From contig JAYWIR010000045.1 of NCBI GenBank assembly GCA_036172245.1, positions 434,001-498,000 on the forward strand: a stretch of 64,000 bases of DNA. Reading direction: 5' to 3'. This DNA comes from Raillietiella orientalis. Lineage: Eukaryota. Below the pieces are notes generated by a model. The model was given only the letters and a program-made list of their open reading frames with translations, was not told where the DNA came from and did not search any database. Made by a program: the position numbers and the translations under genes. Below, piece by piece: positions 23,372 through 36,750 of the stretch; position 1 is the stretch's first letter; each line of letters starts with the position of its first letter.

Positions 23372-26300
23372 TTATTTTTTCGATGTACGCTTTCTTTTAC
23401 TCTTCTGATGTAATTTCTGACGTGATTTCATCTTACGTCGTTTCATGATTTCGTTTGCTGTTTTTAGTTCCCTTTTGGGGCCCCTTTTATGAGTAACTTG
23501 CTTTCTGGGAATTTTTGCTTGTCCTTTGACTAAAATTTGAAACAATTTTTAGGCATATATGCAGCATTAAAGATCACTAACCGTTTATCACAGAAAAAGA
23601 TCCTTTGTTACTCCAGCTTTTCTCTTGCTCAGATTCAGATGTAATTCTTGGTCCTAACATTCTATTTTTCTTTATCCACTGTTGATAAAGACCCTTCTTA
23701 CAACTAGCTGGTACCCACGCACCTGATTCCGTTTTGATTTTCTTCTGTGTCTGAGTGGTGCCATTCACCCACTGAATTTTACTGCACACAAGAAGTTATC
23801 TTACTGGTTCATTTCCATGCACAAGTTTTTTTCGTTTCTGATCCCATCTTAATTTGGAGTGCTGCTTTCTCATTGTGTCATTTTCATCAGCAAGCAACTC
23901 CAAAGCAACTTCTCTCGCATCTTTGTCAAATTGGTTTAACATCAATCTGAAGTGATTTTGTAACATAACAACAGTTACTATTCTTACTCTTGTTCCGTCT
24001 GTCTATCAGAAGCATGGTAAGGAACCATACAGTTTCTTTTATGGCGAGGTAAGCGAGATTGAAAGGGCTTATTTCCTGCTGGCTTGCTAACAATCAAAGT
24101 ACTAAAAGTACTTTCTATATCTGTACTACTGGACTGTGATAAATTTAATGACTTTCTCTGCTCCAGTGCTGTCATTCCTGTTCTCCAATTTACTTGAGAT
24201 GCATCAGTTTGTAGTTTTTGCTTATGATGCTGAATATAGTTGTCATGAATTTGACGCTTAACTTTCATAACAGAGGCTGACTGCACATTTACAGTTTTGG
24301 TGGCTTCCAAAATAGTCTAAGCTGTCATTATGTGATACCTTCAAACAATATACTGACCAAAGAAGGCTTATAATTCCTAATGTCATCTAACAGTTTACAT
24401 ACAAAGTGGGTATCTTCAGATACATGTAATAAGGGATGAATAGGAAGGGCTGAAAGTGTGATACTTTTGGAACGTTTGACACTCTCAGCTGATGGTGAAG
24501 TACGGGACTTTAAATATTGCTTATAACCATTATCAGCAACATGCATCAGAGATTGCTGAATATTACTTAGAGTGATCGAATATTTTACGAACTTACAAGA
24601 TCATGATTAGTTTTCATCAGGGTTTTGATATCTTCTCCAACATCATCAATAGTCTGCTGGGGAGCTCTACCAATGACTCCAGTCTGCTGATTATTTTCAC
24701 AACTAAAATTCACAGGACGTCCTAAAAATAAATGCAAATCCAACAAGTAGGCCAATTCATCTGGTGCTACTAAAGAATATGCAGTGCCTGCACGACCTGC
24801 TCTTGCTGTTCTACCTAGAGATCAAACTGATGACAGACAGTTATTGTTTGCTGAACATCCTACCAACACGATGAATAAACAGTTTTGATTTAGGTGGAAA
24901 GTTGAAATTGATGACATTGTCAAGAAGGGGGATATCAATGCCTCGTGCAGCTAAATCAGTCACCAATAAAAGCTTTACCTTCTGAAGTCTAAATTTAGCC
25001 ACATTAATATTTCTAGCAGTCTGATCAAGACTAGAAAACACATAAGTATTTGGAAAACCTGCCAGTTCAAGAAGCTGAACAATAAAAATTAATTAAAACT
25101 TGAATAAAGTCCAATTTATAATACCAGATGAAGGTATTCAACATGATGTTTGGTAGCCACAAATACCACTGTCATTTCATTTCTGCTTATTATATTTCTT
25201 AAAAGATGTAATAGTAGCTCAGCTTTTTCTTTCAAACGACATGTGAAAAATTCCAGCCTAAGTTGCTCTGGAATCTTTGTATCAACATCCAGTCTGAAAA
25301 CAGTAATTAGCATGTTGACAAAATTCATATCAAAACACCTTATTAATGTTGGATTCCTGAGTCCAGCTTTGACAAAATCTATGAGGATTTTAGGCAAGGT
25401 TGCTGAGAATAACAATGTCTGGCGACTAGCTGGGAGTCTGTGAAGGATTTCATTCAGCTGCACTGCAAATCCCATTTCAAATAGCCTACAAATGCACTTT
25501 TTTACCAAAATCATTCAAAATAATTAGATTACCTGTCAGCCTCATCAAATACTACATATTCCACTGTCTTTAGTTGCAAGTTCATTTCTACACAGAGATG
25601 CATCAACCTTCCAGGAGTTGCAATTAGAATATCCGGGTTGGCATGCATAGCTTTAAATTGTTCATCCATGCTATCACCTCCTAAAATAAGAGCTGCTTGC
25701 AAATTTGTAAACTTGCCCAATTCTTTGCAAAAACCAAGTGTCTGAAAGTAATTTTTTTTACATTTTAATGCACTCTAACATTACCTGTAGAGCTAATTCT
25801 CTTGTTGGACTCAAGATAAGAGCTCTGGCTCCAGCCTTAGCATTTCTACTTTGTAGTTTTTCAAACAAAGGGATCAGAAAACAAGCTGTTTTCCCACTTC
25901 CTGTACGAGCCATTGCCACAACATCTTTACCTTCCAGAGCAACTGGAATGCACTGAAGACAAACTTCATAGATGGAGCATGTTAAGGTTCAGAAAACATA
26001 CAATGACACAAAAACATCCCTATGATAGGCTTTACTTATTTTCAACTGATATGTAATGTGAAAAAAAAATCTTATGGATCTAAATGAATGGTTAAGATAG
26101 GAAAACATACGCAAAGTTTAAAGTTATGCTCACAGAAAACAATCAGATGAAAAAATCCGTACATAGGTACCCTCAACGACAGCACAAAAAACAATAAGAA
26201 ATTTCGAATTCTGTAATTCAAATCGAGTATTTGAATGACATCAGAATTCCACCGTACCTTTCTTTGAATTGGTGTTGGAACTTTATAACCTTTTTTCATA

Positions 26301-26476
26301 ACTCCTTTAAAAACTGGAAAACTAAGTCCAAATGACTGGAAACCTCCAGATTTTTTCTTCCTTTGTTTTTGACGCACCAGATCACGAAGATTTTTTTCGC
26401 TATCTTCCATTTCCTCAATGTCTTTCATTGGGATCATTGATCTCATACCTTCCTTGGATGCCATAACAAATGACAT
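23372..26476 (-). CDS. DDX54: DEAD-box RNA helicase DDX54/Dbp10, multi-exon
   Basis: Exons 26476-26258, 25952-25785, 25741-25533, from 25485 onward, etc. Motifs [63 protein letters not shown]10CT-like [19 protein letters not shown], and a basic tail ending TAA at 23374-23372. Confidence 0.96.
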
Positions 26477-29322
26477 ATGAGAACTAGTGCAAAATCACAG
26501 TAATATAACGCCAGTATTTTCGAAAAATGTGCGCATAACTTATCATTTCGATTTACTTACATACAATATGATGCTTGCACTGTGACTGGGAAGGTTTATG
26601 GGATACAACTACAGCAATCTCATACAACTTTCCTATTAAGGGCTTCTTTTTCCGTTCCCCGTTATTAAAGTGACAGCACAACATAAGTTGAGCAAACGGA
26701 TCAGCATAATGCATAAAAACAAACCCGCTTTTTCGTATTATGCATGTGTCACCATGAACACACTGTTTCGATTCACTAAGACTGCTGCAACACCTCGTAC
26801 TTCTCAGGAATGAACTACATGCGCCCACATCAGGGGCGTTCCGCATGCATATGCATGGATTCCACATTTTCAAAGTAATCGAGAGTAATTTTCAAGACAT
26901 ACCGAATAAGCTGTCGACTACGTAAAAGCACAGCTATTTCAAATATTTTTCCCTCATCGATTGATTCCATGATATCATATATTTAGAATCAGTCTTGATT
27001 CTTTTTTAGATATTTTCTGGAATAGAATCTAACCATTCGAAAGATTTGAGGTCCAAAAACTGGAATACTTCGTAGTCACCTTTATCTAGTTTGAAAATAG
27101 TAGCATGCAAATCTTCATGATTTATTATCCTTTTGTTGATGTTTCCTCCTAAAAGAAATTCCGATGAGTCTACATATAAAGAAACGCTTGTTGAAGTACA
27201 AATCCAACAAGTGCTTTTTTCTAAATTCACCAAAATGAACTGAACAAATTTAAAATTTAAATGGTTAAGAATGAAAACTGTATAGTAAATTTTGTATTCC
27301 ATTTGTTATCTAAATATTTATTTTAGTCTAAAATAAATATTTTTAGATAATGAATGGGAATATTGAATGTAATCTCATTTACTAAGAAATAGAGCAAACA
27401 TGGATATTAATAGATTAAAATGATTAATATCGAGGGTTGGCTGTTCATTCAGAGACTAATATCATAAAATAGCACCATGAAGAATAGTGAAAGCGAAAGC
27501 AGTAAGACAATTTTCTATACTAATAGCTATTAGTGAACTCGAACTTCGATCACGCATATTATATTTCATAGTCTGAGCTGGACATTAGCATTTTCGTTCA
27601 ACTAAGAGAAGACTTTATGTGGAAAAATAAGGATCTTCGCAACTTTCTCAAGTGCTTTGATGATGACGAGATGTTTTGATGTTTATTGTCTTCTCGGTTT
27701 CTCGGGTAGAGAGTTAGTATTTAGGGTTCATTATGAGTATAATCCTATTTTCTGTATTAAATCAGTGTTTTCAATTTCTGACCATTTATTTTCGATTTCT
27801 TTACACATCTTTCACGCCCTTATTCTTGACATTCTTAATTGTGCTTATGAATAGCTTTGTAGTATCCAGAATACATTTTGAAAAGATTTTCACCCGTGTT
27901 TCCGTGATGGTAACTATAAGCAACAATGCTATTGCAAAGTTTCACTAAATAAGCTGCAATGTCAGATAATAGCCCGAGGATCGATAGTAAGATCAAAAGG
28001 ACGAAGATGAGTAGATCCATGCGAGTAGCAAGTTGGTTGTAGACCCCGTTTTATCCATTTGTGTAGTGTTGATAGATGAACCACCACTGCATGTCAAACT
28101 GGGGAAGAATCAGATAATGATCCGTTTTCCTGTAAACATTAGTTTAAAACTTAAGCTATCTTTACAATAAAGATTACCAGATTATTTTGAGTTAGTAATA
28201 TCCAGCTCAGTCTTATTGCAGTTTGGGCAGTTCTATTTTGAGTCTTGTTTTTTCGCAGACTAATAGAACTAGTTGCAATACGTGCAAGTGTTGGCATAGG
28301 CTACTTAAATTTTAGCCTTTAATTGATTTCATTCAAAACACATACTTTAAATACGTATATCGGAGATGTATCTAAATTATTTTTCCTCAGATTATTAGAA
28401 TTTGGAAAGGCGGCTTCTAAAGGTGTCAACCCCATTTGCATATGAAAGAGGAACAACTACAGAGAGGAAACAGCCAATCCTCACACTACTATTGCTTCTG
28501 TTTCACATGACTCTTCCAGGACGGCAATGCAAGAGACTAGATGAGTTCATCAAGTTTGCAAATCGCCTGCCTAGTATAGGTGGTTTATCCATGTGTGTGT
28601 GCATGTTTTCAAAAGAAAAAAGGCTTGAAAGAAGTTTTATATCAAGCCTTGTTATTTAAAAGAGTTAAAAAGTGAAATAGTTACTTCAAAGCCATACACT
28701 TTGGCTTCATTTTTCAAAGTCTCCAAGAACTGTACAATCACTTTGAAGCATACATTACAGTTTGCTGTACCATGGTGCTGCAGTACTTCTAAAGTTACAA
28801 CATGTAGCAGTCAAGTCATAAAAACTATTGAATTGAACATAAATATGCTACAGTATTTTGGTTTTGAATGTAAAAAGAAACTACTGCCATAAGATCACTG
28901 AAGACTATTTTACCATAAAAGTTCTTCAAATTGCAGCTGTTCATTTATGATGTTGTTCCTGCTACACTACTTTTTCGAGTCTGCAATATGAAACCGGAAA
29001 TGTTTAGTGCATATACACAGTAAACGTTCATTTCAACTCAAAAACGCCTTGGTACAGGTACTGGCCCAAGTTGTTTCAAATTCAGTTTTTCATTATTTTG
29101 TTATACAAACTGATACACTAAACTGTAAGCATGTGTTATGCATTATTCACAAAGACAATGAGACTACCTAAAAAACTGCAGAAATCCATTTTATTTACTC
29201 ATTTCAGTTCATAAATGTTCTACTCCCCTCAGTGAAAATAATAAATGAGACTGCATGAATGATTTTCAAGATCATGACTTCAGATGCTGAGATCACAGAA
29301 AACTCATATTTGATACTCATTT

Positions 29323-31685
29323 TCAATTGGTAACCAGAATTGGTCTGTCTCTCAAACGCTCTATGTATTTTTGGAGGAGCTCTTCACCCGTTGGGTCAGG
29401 AGAATAATAATGTTTGGGAGGTACACCTTCCTCTAATCTTACAAAATAATGACAGTATTTATATTCTACTTTTCCGAATCTCTTCCTTGCATGTCTTCTC
29501 ACTCCTCTGATAACACATCCTTTTCCAACAAATGATTCAGCTGCAAAATTTTTTATTTCATGATAATTTCATAGTCTCAAATTAACAGATAGTTAAAATT
29601 GTAGCTTTATGCAGAACTTACCAACCCACAAATTAGTTTTGAATTCTACATTGTGATCTTGAACTGCTATTTGTTGAGCTTCTAATAATGTGTCCTTAAT
29701 AAATAATGCTCCTTTTCTTTGTACAAATTTCAACTGATGTATTGCTTCTTCAATTGAGAGTCCTCTAATCATACATGCAACAAACCACATCTTTTCAGGA
29801 CTGTACTTTATATGAAATTTGGCATGACATACATACTGAAATGTTAAAAAAAGAAATTACTTGCAAAGATCTAACATAGTGTATGAATAAAATTATGTAG
29901 TATAACTGAAGCTTGGTTCAAGGCTGATTTGGACACAAAACTCATACATCAGCTGATAAAGCAGAAGAAAACAAAATTTTAGCATTTGTACACTCATCTT
30001 GTGAACATTCAATTTATTTTATTATACATTTCTCAAAAATTGAATCAATGTTTTCTATTTCTTATAAATAAATTTTCAAAAATTGTTGTTAGCCAAACCA
30101 TAAAAAGCGTGTGTAGTAATAACAACATGATGAACACATAACTTTTATAACTTCTATAATCTAACTTCTTATCTAGTTTTCCCTAGAACTTCGATTAAAT
30201 TTCTTAAATTAAAGGAATAGATACCAGTAGAAATGACAAAGTTCACCTTTTTACCCTCTTTCTACATTTAAAGATTGATTAATTGGAATTAAATTATGAT
30301 TAATTGGAATTACTGTGGAATTAAAGAAGAATGAAAATAAAGAAAATCATCAAAAAGGATGAATACTATAAAAGTAATTCCATAATTTAAGGCACAACAG
30401 GGTAGAAGGGTATACAGAAAAGAATTAAAAATTTCTGATGCAATCAATGGATTAATAATTTGCAAAATTACTGAAGCACCATAAAAGAGATATGCACCAT
30501 AAAAGCATCAGAAGATGCACTCCCAAGTGTGCTCCCAAGCATACAGTTTTCTTGTTATTCTGGAAAATTGAATTTTACTCCACAAGTTTCTTTTTTCATT
30601 TGCTGATTGTTTTTTCAGACAATTGAATAGAGCATATGACTAACTTAATTGTATTATAAATCTGTACATATAAACTGATAGAGACAGAATGAATGGAACA
30701 AAAATAAGAGTTTATACTACTTACTAAGCTGCCAATGTGAAATTCAGCAAGGCACACTTAATGAAAATGCAAAATCCATTATATTAAAATGAGCAACACC
30801 AACATGAGAAGAAGATGAAAATCTAAATGCAAACAAAACTTAGCTATATGAAAGTGCTGATGCTAATGTTGGCTGACACAGTTAAGAAAACCACTTATAT
30901 TTTCTTTCTAAGAAAGGAATTTCTAAGATATAATTTCTTTGAAATTAAATTCAGAGCTAGTGTAATACCAATATGAAATTTAAAGCACATGCAGTATACC
31001 ATTTAATAACAAAACCGCAATGATTTTGTAATAATGGATTTTTTTCTACACTTTATCAACATTTGATTTGTAAGAATGGATTGTATAGTATTGTACAGTA
31101 CTAAAAACAGCACACCTATCAAGAATTCTAAGGAAATGAATCCAAAAGCTGATAAACTTAGCATCATAACCAAACATTCAGTTATGCCAGTTCTCTGAGT
31201 TAATACATACAATGAAAACTACTGTGATGTGAAATTTATATGAAATGATTTTCATTTCTAGGGTAAAATTATTGTCACTAAAGATACATACTGCTGGCCT
31301 GTGAGGTTCACCAGGCATTTGAGGTGAATACATTTTTTTGTTATAATCTAACCAGTGGGTAGGTTCTCTGGGTTTATCACCATGCCAGTCTACACATAAC
31401 ACTGATGCAGTTGATATGCTAAAAAAAGTTACACTGTAAACTAAGTCTTTTGAAAATGTGCTATCAGATATTAATATGTAATGCAGAGGTGCTAAACTAT
31501 AATAAGAAAAATAAAAACACAGTAACAAAACACATTGCTGATAATACCTGAATATGCATTCATAATCATCAACATATATCCCAATTTCATACTTTATTAA
31601 GCAGTAAAAACCATACTAACTTGCAATACTGGGTGGCGGTTTTGCCAAGGTAACTTAAAGTTCTTTGCAGTGCTTGAAAAGCCAT
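29323..31685 (-). CDS. mRpL22: Mitochondrial ribosomal protein uL22m (39S L22)
   Basis: In-phase GT-AG exons 31685-31621, 31418-31292, 29835-29622, 29540-29323: WLDYNKKMYSPQMPGEPHRPA-YVCH...IKYSPEKMWFVACMIRGLSIEEAI.QL...HNVEFKTNLWVAESFVGKG...RRHARKRFGKVEYKYCHYFVRLEEG. First exon less certain. Confidence 0.93.
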
Positions 31686-33649
31686 GTTATTGGGGCCAAA
31701 GATTAATCCATACGATTCCAGTATAATTTGGAAACTATATGCAGCCCTTAAGTGTTAGTAACTAGCGGGATATTTTTGAATCCTTCATCTGACTTTTCTT
31801 ATTTCAGTTCCGTATTTACTTAAACGAAATCCATGTGGGCTCACATAAATGTATGCAAGCATAGCTATAAAGAAACATTCCCACACGAGGAAATGGAAAT
31901 TAATGGCAAAGTCATTTACTTAAAATCCTGAAAATTTTAAATCTCCACCTATCATAACAACACTGTAATAAATCATCACGCAGGCAACGCAAAAAATACT
32001 TCAACTGAAAACCGGACTACACGATCATGCACCAAAGTACCACAGCTCAATTAAACTATCATATATCGTGGGAACTGTCACTAAAACTGATATTTCCAAT
32101 TGCCTTCGAAGATTTTTCAAAGGCACAGTCATGGGAATGACTACTACAGTTTAATGTTCCTTAATGTTTTCAGTTTTTTATATCAGAAAGACTTGCTAGT
32201 TACATTAGTCCTGATTTTTCAGAATTCCCTATATGATTTACTGATTGCAGTCTATACTTATAAACTAGAAATTCTCTTTCATGTTCATCAATCCTCGAAA
32301 GTTTTTTCAAATTCGTTCTTCACAAATACACACTTCGAAATTTAGAATCAGTTTTATCAGAAATACTAGTTATAAACTACTTTTAGAAGGCTGACAAATA
32401 GAGATTCAAGATGGTATGACTGTTCTTTAAAATAATTATACATGAATTTGAACACTATATATAATTGTATTTTCGTGAATGCAGTGATTTTCTACTCTGC
32501 ATGTATAAGGAAAATTATTTCCAAGGCTTACTTTATTCGTTATATGTAATACTGTTGATATATTGGCACGTATCGCTTTTATGCCTTAATTAAACTTCTA
32601 ATTAATGCATAATGTACTATTTTTATAAACTCAAATTAAAACATTTAAAAAATATATTATATTAAATCCTTGAAATAAGCTTCATTATGCTTCAATTTGC
32701 TTATTGCTGATTCTGAGTGTGAACTGCATCTTCAGGGTTTTTCTTTTTACTGCACCCGAACAAGTACAAACAGAATCGACCCCAAGCGATCTCGTTTACC
32801 ACTATTTTGTTGGCAACAAGGATGCCATTGCATTTGCCTTACTGATTTATGTCCTGGTTTTCACTCTCACTTTGAAAATAAAATATTCACCTTGTTTTGC
32901 CACTGTAACTCTATTCCTGTTCATATCCTTCTCATAAAACATTTGCACACTTCAATTGTTTTATTCGTTATTTCTTAATTTATACTTTCGAGAGTCTGGC
33001 CACAAGTATTCTGAACACATCAAGTTTTTCAAAGTTAGCTCATTAAGCAATCTTACGAAGTTGTGATTTCGTTTTTGACTTAATTATACTTATTATTTAT
33101 CAAGAATCATTTGAGGATCACGGAAAGGTAGGAGGAAGAAGAGCAGATTGCTTCGATTTCTGCTGTGCAAGTTTTTCAAGTGTTTCGGCGCTTCAAATTT
33201 GAGAGTTCTGAGACGCTGAACGAAAGAGCATTAGTACAAGTCGACGGATGAGAAAAATCATCTTTGCCAGCCTAACAAAATGGAATTCTTCGATAAAATC
33301 AAAAACAGTTCTTACTATGCACTTGGAGAGGAAAGCATAAGTTTTTTTTCTTAATTTTTTTTCAAGATCCCTTAGAGTTTCTCAGTAATCGCAGATAGGA
33401 AGGAGCTTCCATCAAGTACTAATGAGTGATGAAGACCAATGAGTGATGGCTCGGCAGATGCTGGATCTCTCCGAAAACCATATTCGTTTCTATAAAAGTG
33501 AGCAAGTATCTCCTTTATTTTGATAGTCGCTCGGGTGATTGTGACTTGAACTTCTTTTAGTGAGGATTCTTTTCACAACGAATTTTTTTGGAGTTCAATT
33601 ACAAGAATACTCAGCACTCTACGAAGGGTGAGTGGGAGGCAGGTAAACA

Positions 33650-33900
33650 TTGAGATGGCCTGTGGAAAACATTTTTCTTTTGATCAGATGAAGCCGTTAC
33701 ACTAATTTAACACACTGTAAATCCTTCTCTGAATAGTTTTCCTGAGGGTGCCACAGGACACCTAGGAGTCCTTTTACTCGTTTACCGAAATCAGACTAGG
33801 ATGGCGCTCCAGAATCACGCGAGGTTCATCCAAGCTCCAACGGCAAAATTGTTTACAAACATGTGTGCCTTGGAAGGAACACTGTAGCTAGAACAATAGT
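33650..33900 (+). mobile_element. Tc1/mariner DDD transposase relic
   Basis: *SDEAV (~33681-33698; cf. WSDEA.F) followed by *DGAPE (~33797-33814; cf. QQDGAP.H); heavily degraded. Confidence 0.35.
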
Positions 33901-34899
33901 TTCCGTCAGAAACCACAATTCTTCGGCTTTCAGTCACATTCACTCTTTCTAAAATTTTCCATTCTTGAAACAATATGGAATTATGTTAGTTGTTTGGTGA
34001 TCTGGAGTTGCTGCAGTTCCAAGCTCTAAGGGGTCAGTATGAAGTACAAAAGTGTTTCAGTTTTATTCGAGGTAAAAACGCTACTCATTCCTTATATATA
34101 CTTGTACTCAACAATAAATAGCTCTCCAGCTTTCTGGTGTCACCCCATTCAGAATAATGTAGATTACCTCACTTTTTCTCTTTATAAAGGCTGCTGTGAA
34201 CTGATCCTGGTTCCGTTTAATTAGACTGAGTTTTTTATGTTTTTTTTTTTTTGAAAAAAAAAAACTGTTCTGCAGAAGTCTCTCTTCGAGCATGTCAGAA
34301 TTGGTATCAGCTACGTGGGACTTGAAGGTGTAAGGATCCATAGTTCAAGCACGAGCGGTATCGGTCGAATTCTTTCTCGGAAATAGCAGGGGGGAATTTT
34401 CGGAAAAGTGGAGGGAAATGCATTCGATGGTTGTATTCCAAAATGCGGTAGAGCCCATTCACGATGCTGCAGACCTTCTCACAAAGAGTCGCTTGAAGAC
34501 TGCTCGTCGCTAATGGCACAGCAGATCGAAAAGAATGAATTCTCATGCTCTTGTAGGAACATGCAATTCTGTAGCAAGCATCTTCAAAGTGCCATGATGT
34601 CACACAGGAACACGTCAGGTATGCTCTTCGCCAAATGGATTTGTCGTGATTTGTCGCAGCAAGATTCTGATGCTAATCCCCTCTCTGAAGGCGAAACCAA
34701 GGTAAACTTACGGCACTTCATGGACCTTGGAATCAATCTGGGGATGATTCAGATGGAATTCCATGATTTCATTGGACCGAGTTATCACAAAAGGATGCAT
34801 TGAGGTACACCAGATTTTCGATTATTAAAATAAGGCAACTCATATTTAAGAATATAGGACTTTTGACGAATGCAGCGGGTGTCTTGGTCGACATTTTTA

Positions 34900-35075
34900 G
34901 TGTGCCTTTCTCTATCAAAGACTGGCTCCTTTCCTTCTTAGATATCTCCTCTTTGTGTGATGAGCTTTCATCCAGAACTATTTCGTTGCTCCTTCGCTCC
35001 GTCGTATGTTATTTGCCTTCGTCCCACCCAACGAGGGGGAAAGGCGAACTCTTGTGAAAGGCACTGCGAGTAACC
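34900..35075 (+). mobile_element. Penelope-like element RT/thumb relic
   Basis: LLSFLDI ... YLPSSHP ... (frameshift) RTLVKG resembles the PLE consensus LPFLD...YL.F.S.HP...K..LV. Confidence 0.35.
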
Positions 35076-35149
35076 GAGAGATCCAGGGTCTGCCACCTCG
35101 AGGATGCAATCCTAACCACCGCCTTCTCCCGCGAAAAGGCAAGAATTGT

Positions 35150-36750
35150 TTTAGCTCAAACAATCGAAGGTTGCTCCTCATAGTGAGGGTGGGGAACACT
35201 TACGATACAGTGTCTTCTGATAGGCAAAATCTCCTTCGCATAAGGGGATTCAAGGGACTTTTTGGGTTGCAAATCTTCAAGAAACAACGAGGCGTCTCCA
35301 CTGACTCCACTGACCGACCTGGAGCAGGTGGCCACTCTACCCAGGAATGTTTCCAGTTCCCCAAGCACCCTCTGGACATGTCGACAGGGGACAGTCAGAA
35401 TCTTGGTTCTGTCCGCCATACGCGAGCCTTTGAGTGCCACGACGACCGCGACTCAACTGGAGAACTCTAACGGAGGTCAGAGACGATGCCAGGATGAGGT
35501 CGCATATCGTCACTAGACCCCTGGAGGCGATGCTCCGCACTCCTAGTGCGAGGAAGAACGGGCAAGAACCAGTCGGGTGGGAAATTTCCTTCCTCATCAC
35601 ATCGGGAAGGGTAAAGTCCCCGCAGGGCCGGTTTGCAGGTTTGCTATCTCACGGAGCACAAACCTAGTCCTCCCCATGAGAATGCAGCAAACGCGACTGT
35701 CTTTCCACATTGAGGGCATACGGTGCAAGTCTGCATCGTATGAATAAGACTGACATCATGTGATCTTTACGAGGTGCAGAACGTGCTAAAACCAGGAATC
35801 AAAACACTCCATCCACTGGAGTGTGCAGCCGTACAATATCGACCCAACAGGATGGCGGAAGAGCTCTGCTTTATTCCAGCGATGGATTACAGCGAACTCC
35901 TGAGGGTCTTCTTCAGACATGTTGCTCCTTTCCCATGTCGCCCGCTGTCCTCTTCGCCGTGTTTCGCCCGGTGCATGGTAGAAGTGCCGTGCTTCCTCGT
36001 CTCCGAGTGCAAAAAACGAAACCGCCCTGACTCAAGGAACCTGCAAACCGCTTTCAGTTCCTCTCAGAGCCAAAGAGGGACGCAGACTGCATTGCACGAT
36101 GCAAAACAGAGAGTACGGCGATCATCTTCCCAATCGCTCCTTCCACACACCTGTTTTACTTTTTTTCCTTTTTTAATCTCTCCCAGAGGATGCAAGATCT
36201 CCCAGACGGCTTCTCTGCATAGCGTTTCTTGCAATTCATCTGCCATGCAGGTGTATTGGTCCTTCATGATTGCTGTGGACATTTTTGAGTGCAGTAAATG
36301 TTCTGGTGCGAAGGTTTGCAAACTCTTGCCACTCACCTTTGGAGAGAGACACATGCAACCGCCAATCCTGACCGGGAAAGTTTTATTCAGGATCGTTTCG
36401 TTTCTGTGAGAAGTATACATCCGTCATCGCCTCAACACTCTGCACTGCTAATAATGAATGGATACTTACTGTTCGGTGTATGGAGCATTCACCTTTTGGT
36501 CTCAGGACTCGAAAGAATATTCTGCGCAGTTTGCGGGGGAAGGGAACCAATATCTGGCGTTGGGGGAAGGCAGCATTTCCAAGACTGGAATCTAGTAAGG
36601 CAAATCATAGATGGTGCTCCAAGGAAGGCGGATTGTTTTTTTTGGAGCATGGTGTGTCTGATCGTTCTGATTGTATGGCGCAACCCTTGCTTACCCATCA
36701 TCTTTTCCGTAGTATCCCCGTCATGATGAAATTCCCTCAATTCTTCGGCA
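35150..36750 (-). mobile_element. Fragmented RTE-like non-LTR retrotransposon relics
   Basis: Fragments KMMGKQGL...HTMLQKK (endonuclease-like), TFPVRIGGCMCLSP (cf. F.V..GVRQGC.LSP), EAVWEIL, and MADRTKIL...VLGELET (cf. KTK..LY...LLYG.ETW). Scrambled and broken. Confidence 0.35.

Noticed and set aside
32704..32937. Small hydrophobic ORF
   Set aside because: No ATG start and no recognisable family; hydrophobicity is explained by T-rich composition.
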